Notes under the pieces: model-generated | The model's database searches: none | What the model was told of the DNA's origin: nothing | What the model saw: the letters and a program-made list of their open reading frames with translations, nothing else | Part shown: positions 1-14,121 of the stretch, in pieces | How positions within the stretch are numbered: the stretch's first letter is position 1 | Layout of the letters: each line of letters begins with the position of its first letter | Assembly (NCBI RefSeq): GCF_964204645.1 | Contig: NC_134034.1 | Span: 2,852,072-2,916,071 of the forward strand | From: Tubulanus polymorphus | Lineage: Eukaryota > Animalia > Nemertea | Length of the DNA: 64,000 nt | Direction: 5' to 3' | Translations under genes and position numbers: made by a program

Positions 1-125
1 GATATCTATTTTGGAATATCGATCACTCTAGTGAAACTAAAGGTTGACGTCACTTAAGACCCTATTAATTCGTATTGATCATTTTAGTGTGTTATGAATA
101 TTAATGATTAGATGTATATAAGCGT

Positions 126-495
126 TTTTAATTTGACTCGGGATTCAGTTCCACAGTTGTGTAGGTTTAATCTGACTCTGGATCCAGTTCCACAGTTGTG
201 TGGGTTTAATTTGACTGTGGATCCAGTTCCATGGCTGTGTGGGGAAAAATTTGACTCAGAATATAGTTATTTCCACAGTTGTGTGGGTTTATATTGACTC
301 TGATTTCAGTTCCACAGTTGCGTGGGTTTAATTTGTTTCTGAATCCAGTTCCACAGTTGTGTGGGTTTAATTTGACTGAACCCAGTTCCACAGTTGTGTG
401 GGTTTAATTCGTTTCTGGATCCAGTTCCACAGTTGTGTAGGTTTAATTTTGATTCAGAATGCAGTTCGACAGTTGTGTGGGTTTCTAATCTGTAG
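126..495 (+). repeat. 39-bp satellite A (GGATCCAGTTCCACAGTTGTGTGGGTTTAATTTGACTGT)
   Basis: Tandem units visible directly. Confidence 0.9.
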
Positions 496-1366
496 ATCCT
501 GTTTATCAATGAAATGTCTCGGTATTGGTAGGCCTAGTGTCAGTTGGCATTGTATCCTGGTTTCGGCTAGAGATACTCTGAATGATTGTGACCCCTTGAA
601 TTAGTCAGTAACCTGTCTGTGGTTTAGTTGATATAAGTTGGTATAAAAAGCCATTTGGGGAAATGAAAATATCTAAACATTGGAAAGAATGTGAAAATTA
701 TTCGTTTTATAAAAATTAGCTGGATCCATACCTGGTATTGTTGTTCCTGACAATATTTAGTCGAAATATCGAATTTATAAATATACGAGTTCAAGGAAAC
801 ATTTCTGACTCTTTTTATTTGTAGTGTGTGATATCATTAAGCTAACACAGCTGGGGCCAAAAATCCTACTTATCTTAAACTAGGACATATTCAATGCAGT
901 CTAAATGTCCATATCTTATGTATCTTGATTTGTTCAATAACAGTGAGCTAATCCCACCCCTAATATTCAGATAAGGTGTTAGGTGGGCCACCTCCCTGTT
1001 TTGACGGACCTTTGCTGGTGGTAAATCGAACACTAATACCTGACACACTCCTGTGGTGGCTTTAGTCAATTAACACCTGTCAGTAATTAACACTTTTGGA
1101 CACCTGCTATATGCAGGGTATATAGTTGAGACCGGGTCCATGTGATCACTCAAATATTTTCGGCCGTGCCGGATCGGGCCCGGTTTTTAACTACAGATTC
1201 TCTAAAGAACAAAAATGGGTGGGCGAAGAAATAAAAAAGTTTCGAACAGGCGTTTCAGAATGGCGGGGAGTAGAAAAATAATCAGAAATCAATTATGTTT
1301 TTATTATTCGAGTGAAAAGGTGTGCGAAAATTGTGATAAATTTGATTCCAATAATGGGAGAAATTT

Positions 1367-1772
1367 CAGGGTCCCTACGACTCCTTGATTACTCAAAAAC
1401 TCCTTCTAAATAACAGAAAATGCTTTAAAGCAGCTTGAAACTCTTTGAATTCGAGCAAAATGCCAAAAACTCCTTCAATTATGAGGATTAGGCAATTAGA
1501 GATTTTTGTCTGGATTGTAGACTACGCCTAAATCGGTACAGTTGAGACCTGGATTTTTTTTCTACCCAATTGGGCGGTTACTGAATTAGAAACTAAATTT
1601 AGGTAACGTAAAGGATCAAGATTTGCTTACGGAACCACTGAATTTTGCGGTTTACCGAGATAAACAGTACCGATTTAGGAGGAGTCTATAGTAAGTAGGA
1701 TATGAAATTTGAAATTTAGCGAATCCTCGAAAACTCCTCAAATCAAGGAATGACCGATCGGTCGGCACTCCG
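1367..1772. mobile_element. CAGGG-ended TIR MITE, family G, copy 1
   Basis: Starts CAGGGTCCCTAC; the family right end is GTAGGGACCCTG (seen at 16251-16262). Internally homologous to 15817-16217 and 10480-11340. Confidence 0.6.
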
Positions 1773-1847
1773 ATTGAAGAAAATTAACTTTTCACAAATC
1801 GCTTCATCGAAAGGCGTGGACATATACAAAAAAGAAAAAATTATTGA

Positions 1848-2055
1848 GGCTAAAAAAAATTGATACCTTGTTTCTCCGCTCTGCTGAGCTTAAATGTTGA
1901 CCCGGCCGGCCGCCTATCTACCTTATACATTACTTTTTTTTAAATCGTGATTTAAATATCCCATATCCTAGAAATGAACTGTTTATAAATTTTATCATAT
2001 TTTACAAAAATGACCCGGCCGCTGCGGAGAAACAAGGTATCATTTTTGTTTAGCC
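1848..2055. mobile_element. MITE with ~33-bp TIRs (GGCTAAAAAAAATTGATACCTTGTTTCTCCGC), PIF/Harbinger-like
   Basis: Inverted termini with TGA/TAA flanks; a reverse-oriented fragment lies at ~13177-13241. Confidence 0.6.
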
Positions 2056-2318
2056 TAATCTTTTTTTTCGGAATTCCGGATCCCGAGTAATTTAGAAAAA
2101 GGGCCCGAAAAGCGCATGTTCGTTACGCCGGGGCTCTACACGTCGCGGTGGTAACCTCACTCGCCCCCGTACCGCTCCTTTCAGCCAGACGTATCCATTT
2201 AATCACCGATACCCGGATCCAATCTTTAGGGCGTGGACACGAACGACAATTTATAGTATGCGCTATTCGTAAACGACTGTATTTTCATTTGTTTTTCCGG
2301 TTTTTTTCTATTTCGCAG

Positions 2319-2366
2319 GTTGTAATTTCAGCGACGTCTGCAAAGAATCGGAAGTTTGTATCGATG
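2319..2366 (+). CDS. PTPRN2: PTPRN2-like exon (48 bp, phase 1-1): (G)CNFSDVCKESEVCID(D)
   Basis: Polypyrimidine tract + tttcgcAG acceptor and G|gtaagt donor. Three Cys spaced as in the IA-2 N-terminal Cys cluster; joins in frame to 13784. Confidence 0.85.
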
Positions 2367-5300
2367 GTAAGTTTGTGTGCGAACGTCGCGTTAACCCTTT
2401 CAACACGGGGGTCCCTCCCTACTAGTTGACCTTAGTTATGTGGGGGTTAATTTGACTGTGAATCCAGTTCCACAGTTGTGTTGGTTTAATTTGACTGTGA
2501 ATCCAGTTCCACAGTTGTGTGGGTTTAATTTGACTGTGAATCCAGTTCCACAGTTGTGTTGGTTTAATTTGACTGTGAACCAGTTCCACAGTTGTGCGGG
2601 TTTAATTTGTCTCTGGATCCAGTTCCACAGTTGTGTGGGTTTAATTTGTCTCTGGATCCAGTTCCACAGTTGTGTGGGTTACTTTAATTCAGAACCCAGT
2701 TCCACAGCTTTGTCCAAAACTGGGCCCTGGATCTAATGATATAAGGTTCTATGTAAATTGCCTTTGATGATATTTTTTTCATTGAAAGTTTGTTATTTTA
2801 TTCTGTCAGAAACAGTTATTTATTATGGTATTTATGTGATATTAGACTCATATTATTCAGACCACTCAATTATCAAAACAACATTTTCTGCTATTTATAT
2901 CAATTCAGTTCATTACTTATGGACGCAATACATAACAGTGATGGAGTCTCTGTTGAATCGACTCCTTACAGTTCAACAGTTGTGTGGGGTCAATATGACT
3001 ATGGATCCAGTTCCACAGTTGTGTGGGTTTAATTTGACTGTGGATCCAGTTCCACAGTTGTGTGAGTTTAATTTGACTGTGGATCCAGTTTCAGTTGTGT
3101 GGGTTTGAAATGGCTGTGGATCAAGTTCCACAGTTGTGTGGGTTTAATTTGACTGTGGATCAAGTTCCACAGTTGTGTGGGTTTAATTTGACTGTGGATC
3201 CAGTTCCACAGTTGTGTGAGTTTAATTTGACTGTGGATCCAGTTTCAGTTGTGTGGGTTTGAAATGGCTGTGGATCAAGTTCCACAGTTGTGTGGGTATA
3301 ATTCGACTCTGGATCCAGTTCCACAATTGTGTGGGTTTAATTTGATTGTGGATCCAATTCCACAGTAGTGTGGGTTTAATTTGACTGTGGATCAAGTTCC
3401 ACAGTTGTGTGGGTTTAATATGACTGTGGATCCAATTCCACAATTCCTTGCGCTCGATACGTAAGCTGCCATTTCTAGGCTGAATTTCATTTCTAAACGA
3501 TATCGCACGAATGCAATTTAGGAAATCAAACAAAAACCGTCGATTTCCGATTGACGTCGAATATACGTGACGTCCGCGTGACCTTGAAGCGAGCCGCTTG
3601 ATAATATTTTCCGCGATCGATCGAAAAAAATCCGTCGTCGTCGTTGTCGTCGTCGAGTGGTAGAAAAATGAATCGACGGGATTCTTTCGCGATGCGATCA
3701 TCCGATTCGCGATTGCGTAGGCGGACGATAAACGCGTTACCGGTTCGAATTCGACGCGCCTCAGTACGGCAACTCCATCACACACACACACCGCACCGCC
3801 ATGTTACCACGGAAACCGCGCGGATGTCGCTCGCCGAAGATTTTCTGAACATTTTGATTACCGCACGATTTTAAATTGCGATTTATCTCGCAATTAACGA
3901 GTAATGGTAACGACGTGGGTTGTTGTGCCTTGCGACGACAATACCTGAATCTGATTATCATTCGCCAATTGCGGTGAACTTACAGAATCGGCACTGATTG
4001 TCTGGAACAGTCTCTATGAAAAGTTTACTGACCCCTGATTGTCTGGGACAGTCTCTGAAAATGGTTTACTATCCCCTGATTGTCTGGGACAGTCTCTGAA
4101 AATGGTTTACTGTCCCCTGATTGTCTGGGACAGTCTCTGAAAATGGTTTACTGTCCCCTGATTGTCTGGGACAGTCTCTGTTAATGGTTTACTGACCCCT
4201 GATTGTCTGGGACAGTCTCTATGAAAAGTTTATTGACCCCTGATTGTCTGGAACAGTCTCTGAAAATGGTTTACTGTCCCCTGATTGTCAGGAACAGTCT
4301 CTGAAAATGGTTTACTGTCCCCTGATTATCTGGAACAGTCTCTGAAAATGGTTTCATGTCCCCTGATTGTCTGGAACAGTCTCTATGAAAAGTTTACTGA
4401 CCCCTGATTGTCGAGAACAGTCTCTGAAAATGGTTTACCGTCCACTAATTGTCTGGGACAGTCCGTTTTAAAAGGTCGTCTGATTGTCCGGGACAGTCTG
4501 TTGTAAATGGTCGTCTGATTGTCTGGGACAGTCTGTGGTAAATGGTCCTCTGATTGTCTGGGACAGTCTGTTGTAAATGGTCCTATGATTGTCTGGGACA
4601 GTCTGTTGTAAATGGTCGTCTGATTGTCTGGGACAGTCTGTTGTAAATGGTCGTCTGATTGTCTGGGACAGTCTGTTGTAAATGGTCCTATGATTGTCTG
4701 GGACAGTCTGTTGTAAATGGTCGTCTGATTGTCAGTAACAATCTCGCTGATCGTGTTGACTCAGTTGTCAGCGGTTGTTGTTGCTTATCTAAAATGAAGA
4801 TGTGATCGTTGTATAAACAGCAATGTTTAATGCATATATTAGTGGATGATGATGATAATGATAATGATGATAATGTCTGTGTTAGATGTTTCTCAATTAT
4901 CTATGATTGATTCGATGATATGTCTGTGATGAGGAGGTTTTAGCTGTTATCCCCTCGAGTCACGGCTCTGTGGATGAACATTTTACATCGGTGCGTCGAG
5001 CACCGATGTGCCGGCACGATCTTCACCCGACCACCGGCAGTCGCTGCATTTTATTTATGTCCTGTTTGCATGGACAGTTTCGTCCTGTTTGCCTGGATAT
5101 TTTTTTTCCTGTTTGCATGGACATTTTTGTCCTGTTTACGTGGACCTTTCTGCCCTGTTAACGTGGACATTTCTGTCCTGTTTACATGGACATTTTTCTC
5201 ATGCTTGCTTGGACAATTTTGTCTGGTATGAGTGGACATTTCTGTCCTGTTAACGTGGACATTTATGTCCTGTTTACGTGGACAGTTATGTCCTGTTTAC

Positions 5301-8300
5301 GTGGACATTTTTTTCATGCTTGCTTGGACAATTTTGTCTGGTATGAGTGGACATTTTTGTCCTGTTTACGTGGACCTTTCTGCCCTGTTAACGTGGACAT
5401 TTCTGTCCTGTTTACATGGACATTTTTCTCATGCTTGCTTGGACAATTTTGTCTGGTATGAGTGGACATTTCTGTCCTGTTAACGTGGACATTTATGTCC
5501 TGTTTACGTGGACAGTTATGTCCTGTTTACGTGGACATTTTTTTCATGCTTGCTTGGACAATTTTGTCTGGTATGAGTGGACATTTTTGTCGTGTTTACG
5601 TGGACCTTTCTGCCCTGTTAACGTGGACATTTCTGTCGTGTTTACGTGGACAGTTATGTCCCGTTTACGTGGACATTTTTGTCCCGTTTGCATTGAAATT
5701 TCTGTCTTGTATGAGTGGACATTTTTGTCCCGGCTTGCGTGGACATTTATGTCCCGTTTACGTGGATATTTTTCTGTTATGTATCTCAGCACTTTTCTCC
5801 TGTCCATTTGCGTTGATTTTTTCGTCCTGATCTCGACAAAAACGAAAAATATGAAATTTCCCTTTTAGAGTTATATTTCGAATGAAATTCGTTCGTCGCT
5901 TTCTGATATTTAAGATAAATTTCAGCGCGCTGAACCGTTAACGAGGCTTCGTCAGATTCGATTAGCGAAACTGTGCTTTTATCCGAAATTGAATTTCAAA
6001 TCGACTGACGCATTTTGATTTTATTCTCTTTGATGACGTTCGTCGCGATTGTAATTGTTCGTGTTATTTTTGCCGTGTTTTTCGCGGCGTTTCAGACGTT
6101 GATTTACGGATATCAATCTGCAGCTCGCAACCGGCTCCCCTTTAGACATTACTACAGGGTGAAGTGTGGGTAGTTGTTAAAATGTCTGGTGTTTATAGTT
6201 CATTTTCTATTACAAAGGTGAAGCACTGAACACATGTGAAGTGTGGACGATCAGTTTTTGAAAGTGTGCTGATAAAATGTCTAATATCTGGTGTTGGTAG
6301 TTCATTTTCAATTAGAAATGTTTCAGTTGAAGCACTGAACACATGTGAAGTGTGGACGATCAGTTTTTGAAAGTGTGCTGATAAAATGTCTAATATCTGG
6401 TGTTTGTAGTTCATTTTCAATTAGAAATGTCTCTGATGAAGCACTGAACACATGTGAAGTGTGGACGATCAGTTTTTGAAAGTGTGCTGATAAAATGTCT
6501 AATATCTGCTGTTTGTAGTTCATTTTCAATCAAAAATGTCTCAGGTGAAGCACTGAACACATGTGAAGTGTGGACGATCAGTTTTTGAAAGTGTGCTGAT
6601 AAAATGTCTAATTTCTGGTGTTTGTAGTTCATTTTCAATTAGAAATGTCTCTGATGAAGCACTGAACACATGTGAAGTGTGGACGATCAGTTTTTGAAAG
6701 TGTGCTGATAAAATGTCTAATATCTGCTGTTTGTAGTTCATTTTCAATCAAAAATGTCTCAGGTGAAGTACTGAACACGTGTGAAGTGTGGACGATCAGT
6801 TTTTGAAAGTGTGCTGATAAAATGTCTAATATCTGCTGTTTGTAGTTCATTTTCAATCAAAAATGTCTCAGGTGAAGCACTGAACACATGTGAAGTGTGG
6901 ACGATCAGTTTTTGAAAGTGTGCTGATAAAATGTCTAATTTCTGGTGTTTGTAGTTCATTTTCAATTAGAAATGTCTCTGATGAAGCAGTGAACACATAT
7001 GAAGTGTGGACGATCAGTTTTTGAAAGTGTGCTGATAAAATGTCTAATGTCTGGTGTCTGTAGTTCATTTTCAATCAAAAATGTCTCAGGTGAAGCACTG
7101 AACACATGTGAAGTGTGGAAGATCAGTTTTTGAAAGTGTGCTGATAAAATGTCTAATGTCTGGTGTTTCTAGTTCATTTTCAATTAAAAATGTCTCAGGT
7201 GAAGCACTGAACACATGTGAAGTGTGGACGATCAGTTTTTGAAAGTGTGCTGATAAAATGTCTAATATCTGCTGTTTGTAGTTCATTTTCAATCAAAAAT
7301 GTCTCAGGTGAAGTACTGAACACGTGTGAAGTGTGGACGATCAGTTTTTGAAAGTGTGCTGATAAAATGTCTAATATCTGCTGTTTGTAGTTCATTTTCA
7401 ATCAAAAATGTCTCAGGTGAAGTACTGAACACGTGTGAAGTGTGGACGATCAGTTTTTGAAAGTGTGCTGATAAAATGTCTAATATCTGCTGTTTGTAGT
7501 TCATTTTCAATCAAAAATGTCTCAGGTGAAGCACTGAACACATGTGAAGTGTGGACGATCAGTTTTTGAAAGTGTGCTGATAAAATGTCTAATGTCTGGT
7601 GTTTGTAGTTCATTTTCAATTAGAAATGTCTCTGATGAAGCAGTGAACACATATGAAGTGTGGACGATCAGTTTTTGAAAGTGTGCTGATAAAATGTCTA
7701 ATGTCTGGTGTCTGTAGTTCATTTTCAATCAAAAATGTCTCAGGTGAAGCACTGAACACATGTGAAGTGTGGACGATCAGTTTTTGAAAGTGTGCTGATA
7801 AAATGTCTAATGTCTGGTGTTTCTAGTTCATTTTCAATTAAAAATGTCTCAGGTGAAGCACTGAACACATGTGAAGTGTGGACGATCAGTTTTTGAAGTG
7901 CGCCGACTAAATGTCAACTTTTCCATGTATATATATATATCCGAGGTGAACCGGTTCCGGGCTGCAGATTTTGGGCGCGCGCATTTTCTAGTTTTATCGC
8001 ATCGATTCCCGAACGTAAAAGCCGTATAGCGTTGTACGTGTATGTGACAGTTTTACGAAACGAGTCGCGCGGAATTAACGGCGTCTGCAACTGAGATCGG
8101 AGAAACTGCGTTGAATACTGAATGGGTGTGTGTGTGTTTGTGCGCACTCAGTGTTGTTGTTATTATTATTGTCCCTCTACTCCTCCTCCTCCTTGTCCTC
8201 CTCGTCATCCTGCTGCTGCTGATGCTGCTGCCGCTGCTGCTGCTGTGAAATTAATGGTCGCGTAGTTTGCTCGATGAATAATAAATTTCGTCGGCATCGG

Positions 8301-9395
8301 TGATAAACGTGCGGGAAATTGGAAATAAATCATTCATCAGAAACGGACGTTACTCTCAGTACAACTGTGTGTTTGTATTACACACCTGTACATTGACTGT
8401 CCAGTGGCTGACTTTTAAACCGGTTTTCACCTGAACGCTTTGGGGCTGGTTTTATAAACCATTTTTCAATTTACCTCTGCATGGGCTGGTTTTATAGACT
8501 AGTTTTAACTTGAAGCCTGCATGGGCTGGTTTTATAGACTAGTTTTAACTTGAACCCTGCAGGGGCTGGTTTTATAGACTAGTTTTAACTTGAACCCTGC
8601 AGGGGCTGGTTTTATAGACCAGTTTTAACTTGAACCCTGCAGGGGCTGGTTTTATAGACCAGTTTTAACTTGAACCCTGCAGGGGCTGGTTTTATAGACC
8701 AGTTTTAACTTGAACCCTGCAGGGGCTACTTTTATAGACCAGTTTTAACTTGAACCCTGCAGGGGCTGGTTTTATAGACCAGTTTTAACTTGAACCCTGC
8801 AGGGGTTGGTTTTATAGACCAGTTTTAACTTGAACCCTTGCAGGGGCTGGTTTTGTAGACCAGTTTTAACTCGAATCCGGCAGGGGTTAGTTTTATAGAC
8901 CAGTTTTAACTTGAAGCCTGCAGGGCTAGTTTTTGGTCGAGCCAAACAAGCACGGGCCCGTTTGGCACCCATGCAAACAGGCGTTCGGGGTCAAACTTAG
9001 CACCGTCCAAAAGTGCTCGTGTGACGGACAGTAGAAACATGGCCACTTGTCACACAACACAATACAATGCAATACAATTACGTTTGAATGCATAATTAAT
9101 GGCTTCATCTAATTACGATGTTAGCCGTTAAACTATTTACCCCCACGCGCTCCTCCGGCGGCTATGACATGTTATTACGCGTTAAACATTTCGCGTGCTC
9201 CACTTTTCGTTGATGAGTGGAAAACAATTTGTGCCAATTGCTCTTCGGGCGAAAAGAATAACAAGTAGGTCAGTTATTCTCGAGGCGCATCAATTATGAA
9301 CGGTGCGTAAAGCAGACGGATGATTCTGTAGTGTTTGTTGTAGCGATCACCAGGTGGCGCTTATCGGCGGGATTGATTTTAATAATAATTAATAT

Positions 9396-9442
<47 letters not shown>

Positions 9443-12400
9443 CTTTATTTAGATTGAAATTATAACATACTATAACACTCAGTTTTATTGATACATAATT
9501 AGATAGATTTATAAACATGTTACAGAAGTTATAATATCGATCGAAGGGGCCCGAGAAGCAAAATTCTTGTAAAAAGGGTCACCTGCTACAATCACACAAT
9601 CACATACACACTGTTACAATCACACAATCACATTCATCCAGAAGACAAATCAGTAATATATTTTATCTTTTGATTGTGTTTTATTTTTATCAAATTCCGC
9701 GAAAATACTTAGATTTGAATAACTTAAGGAACTTCCGCGTATTAAAAGATCTTTATATTCAAAACTTGTTAAATGTATATAAACTGGTCTATAAAACCAG
9801 CCCCTACCGGGTTAACCTTTAAACAGACTAACTATTTACTAGAAGTTATATAAATTTATGCGTAATTGGCATTCGGTCCCTGTCTCTGGTGGATTGCTTC
9901 CAGAATATCTGAACCGTGGCATTTGGAGCCGTACATTTGTCTAATGGGATGGCTCCTGCTTCCAGAATATCCAAGCAGCGGCTTTCACCGGATTTCACCG
10001 GAGCCACCCGTCGAAGTATAGGATGGCTCCGCTGAAATCGGCGCTTCAGATCCTGTTCTCTATTTCGGCGAAATCGCGATGCGGCGTGAAAGGGTTAACG
10101 CGGCGATCCGTCCGTCTGCTCGTATCATATCACTACGCCGCCTACTCGCGACCTAACCACGCATTCGGTTCTCCTCTCGCGTGAATATAACGCCGGCGGT
10201 GACGAACTTCTCGGAGAGCGTTTACCTTGTGCGAGTGAAATCGAAGACAGTGATCTATAGATTACCATGACAACTTGTGACGATGATGAATGCATACTGT
10301 TTAAGTGTTTCATTCGTGTTGGGGGTATGAAGTCAATCTGCTGCCTGTGCAGTGTTTGCTGGAGTTATGTAACAATAGACTTCAATATCTGAATGGATGA
10401 ATATAATCAACGTTTATCGAACCCCTTTGAAATATTGAGATCCATTTAAAGGAAAATTGATCCGATATGTAACGTGTATGAACTCCTAGTAGAAAATGTG
10501 GTGCTTGAAATTGCTTCAATTGGAGCTAAACGCCTGAAACTCCTTTCAAATTTTGAGAAATAAGAGATTTTTATTTAGTTTGGAGTTGTACAGTACATAA
10601 TCGGCGCAATTGGGATTTGTTTTTACCCAATTAGGCCGATACTGATTAGAGAATTAGGTAGAGTACATGATAAAGATTTGTTCTCAAAACCACTGCATTA
10701 ACCCGTTCAGTGCTTCTACACCGCAGTGCGGTGTAAAAGTCAGTGATAGATTTTGCTAGTACACCGCACTGCGGTGTATTGATGTAATTAGTAATTAGTA
10801 ATTATCTCTCTTGAAAAATGGCAGCACGTGTCAAACAAAGTGAAATACTAGTAACTAACGATACACCGCACCGCAGTGTAGACGCATTATAGTAGTATTC
10901 CCGTTATTCAACACACTAGGGTGGTATTTTTTAGAATTTTCAAATTATTTGTAGCACTATAGGGTAATGATTAGTCAGCACTGAAAGGGTTAATGGTTTA
11001 CCGAGATGAGCAGTACCGATTTCCGAGGAGTCTACTGTAGATTGAGATTGAAAGTGATTTCAGAGGAGTCTACTGTAGATTGAGATTGAAAGTGATTTCA
11101 GAGGAGTCTACTGTAGATTGAGATTGAAAGTGATTTCAGAGGAGTCTACCGTAGATTGAGATTGAAAGTGATTTCAGAGGAGTCTACCGTAGATTGAGAT
11201 TGAAAGTGATTTCAGAGGAGTTTACTGTAGATTGAGATCGAATGTGACGCAGACGCTTCCTCGAAATTTGAACTGCTCTTAAAAACTCCTTGAAAACGCC
11301 TTATTATCATCCACGAATGACTGATCCATGCTGGGACCGCGAATTTACTTAGATCTGCCCTCGCAGCCCGTCGGTATATCATCGGTAGTAAGGGTCCACT
11401 CAGATACGCTCTATAAGCATTATCAACTGTCGAAAACACACGACCAATTTCCATTAGCGCCGATTCAGTCAGCCACTGGGCGTCTTTCATAGTTCGAGAT
11501 TAATCTCGGCGAGGGAACGCTGTACGGAAAAACAGTGCAATGAGTAATCAGCGCACGAAGAATTCCACGAACAGGACGCGTAAAGAATGCATTTCGAAAA
11601 GCCAGCTAGAAGTAATTTCAGACAAATCAAAATGACAGACGGACAGACTTTAAAACAGACTGACTTTTAACCCTTTCAGTGCTGACTTGTGTACCCTATA
11701 GTGCTGGAGATAATTATAAATTTTGAATAATTCCACCCTAGTGTGTTGAACAACAGGGATATCGCCATAGTGCGTCTACACCGCGGCGCGGTGTATCGTT
11801 AGTTACTGATATTCACTATGTTTGACAGGTGTTGCCATCTTTAAATAGAGACAAAAAGTAATTACCAATTACATCAATACACCACAGTGCGGTGTACTAG
11901 CAAAATCCATCACTGATTTATACACCGCACTGTGGTGTAGACGCACTGAAAGGGTTAAGCAGACGAACATTTAAACTTAAACTTAAGAATTTGAGCGGAC
12001 CCAAGAAAAAAGATCTACAATCCTTTCAGTGCTGACTAATCAGTACCCTATAGCGCTGGAGATAATTTTGAAAAATTCCACCCTAGTGTGTTGAATAACG
12101 GGAATACCACTATAGTGCGTCTACACGGCGGTGCGGTGTATCGTTAGTTACTAATATTTCACTATGCAAAATCCATCACCGATTCATACACCGCACTGCG
12201 ATGTAGACGCACTGAAAGGGTTAAGCGGATGCATTTTCAAGAAAACATATTCCGTAGCTGACCGACTTCGTAGCTGACAGATATTTAAGCTGACAAACTT
12301 GAGAGGATTTTAAGCAACACTTAAGAATAAAAGATCTCTAAGCAGTCGAACTTTTTGAACAGATGTATTTTCATCAGTGTTTCGATTACCGCGAGCACCT

Positions 12401-14085
12401 GGGTATCGGGTTCTTTTCGGCGTCTATTTCCCTACGCGAGAGTCATTCAACGTTTCTTTCGGTAAATTGTCATTTCACGTAAAAAAAAAACAAACTGGCG
12501 AACTTAGTAGTTTTCACTTAACGTTCGTTCGTCGTCGGGCTCGTGCGCGAACATCCGTTGCCGTGGAGATGGTATACGCGAGTGAATGACGATGGCCTCC
12601 GGGGGCGACGGCGAGTGAGCTGATACGTAAACGCTACTCACCGATCGAACTATCCGCTTGTAATGATCGGGGCGGAAATAAAACGATACCTCGTTTTATC
12701 CTAATCGGCCGGGTCGCTTTGTAAATTGCAATAAAATCTTTAATCAGTTGATTTCTATAATTGCCGGGTCTGTTATTGTTAGCTTGATCATGATTTCTAA
12801 AAACGTAATGCCTAGCGCACATCGACACTGCGATTGGAGACAACTAGTTGCAAGGCAGTTTTCGGCGCATGAGAGCAACTGGCTGGATACAATCAGTTGC
12901 TCGAATGTGTCGATGTGAGCGAGCTTACGATCGATAAGCGTCGATCTATCTCCAGTTCCAGCCAGTTGCCCATGTTCTACTTTTGAGCAACTGGTTGTAC
13001 TCAATCGCAGTCATATCCGTCGACGTGCGCGCTCTGGATCTCGACGATCGACACGCGCCGTGCAGTTGCTTCAACTGACCGGTTGTAACTAGATTTCGAT
13101 GTGCGCGGGGTAATCGTTCGGTAGCGACTAGTTGTCTCCAATCGCAGTGTCGATGTGCGCTAGGCTTAATGTACCGGGTAGATAGGCGGCTGGGTCAACT
13201 TTTTAGCTCGGCACAAATGAAAAACAAGGTATCAATTTTTTCAGGGTGATACGGCTTAGATAGACTGTTTCAGTCTCTCCGTGTAGCCCCATTATCCTGT
13301 TACATTTGTCTTCGTCCGATCTTACTTATTATATCGTTCAATAATGTAACATCGTAATGAAAATAAATTTCAATTTCGCCTTATTTCTTTCCAAATACCT
13401 CGGATGATGGTTTTTTGTTGCGGCCACATTTCCAGGAGAGGAGGGAAGGACGATCGATTTGAAAAAAAAGCTTTACCCACCCCATCGGACAAATTATCTC
13501 GGGATAACTTCGAAAACGGATTTTTAACGGCCACATTTCGAGCAGAGGAGGGAACAGGGAAGAAAATTTGGAAAAAAGCTATTTTTGACTATTCCATAGC
13601 ATAAAATATCTCTGGGTAGTAGGGAATTTTTTTAAAGAGAAAATTGAAAGTTTGACCTTTGACCCCCTCAAACTATAGGTGGCGCTGTAGTATAGCAGAC
13701 GTTCTGCGTTGGGTTAAAAATGATGAGAATTGGATGAAAATGTATGATTAATATTAATAATCTCGTTTGGTCTCTTTTTGCAGATGATCTATTCGGCAAT
13801 TGTCAGGATAAATACCGCGAGAAGGACTACTTCGCGTACTCGCTGAAACTCGAAACGCTGCAGCTACTCGAAACCGACCTGCAACGGTTGATCGACGCCG
13901 GCTACGACTGGACGAACCTGTACACGCAGTGCGTCGTCAGCAACATCCTGCTGTCGAGTCGGCTCGCGCACGAGCCCGACCGGCGATTCTGCGACTCGCG
14001 CGCGCCCGTGCCCGACTGGATGCGCCGTCTGCAACGCGAAAACGAAGCCGAAGAGAAGCTGCAGAAAGAGGTCGAAGACGAAGAA

Positions 14086-14121
<36 letters not shown>

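Noticed and set aside
1-2318. First (signal-peptide) exon or promoter of the PTPRN2-like gene
   Set aside because: No ATG-hydrophobic stretch-phase-1 donor was found; it is likely upstream of the window.
126-3444. CRISPR-like look of the regularly spaced 39-41-bp units
   Set aside because: Units are contiguous with no unique spacers, there are no cas genes, and the context is eukaryotic intron.
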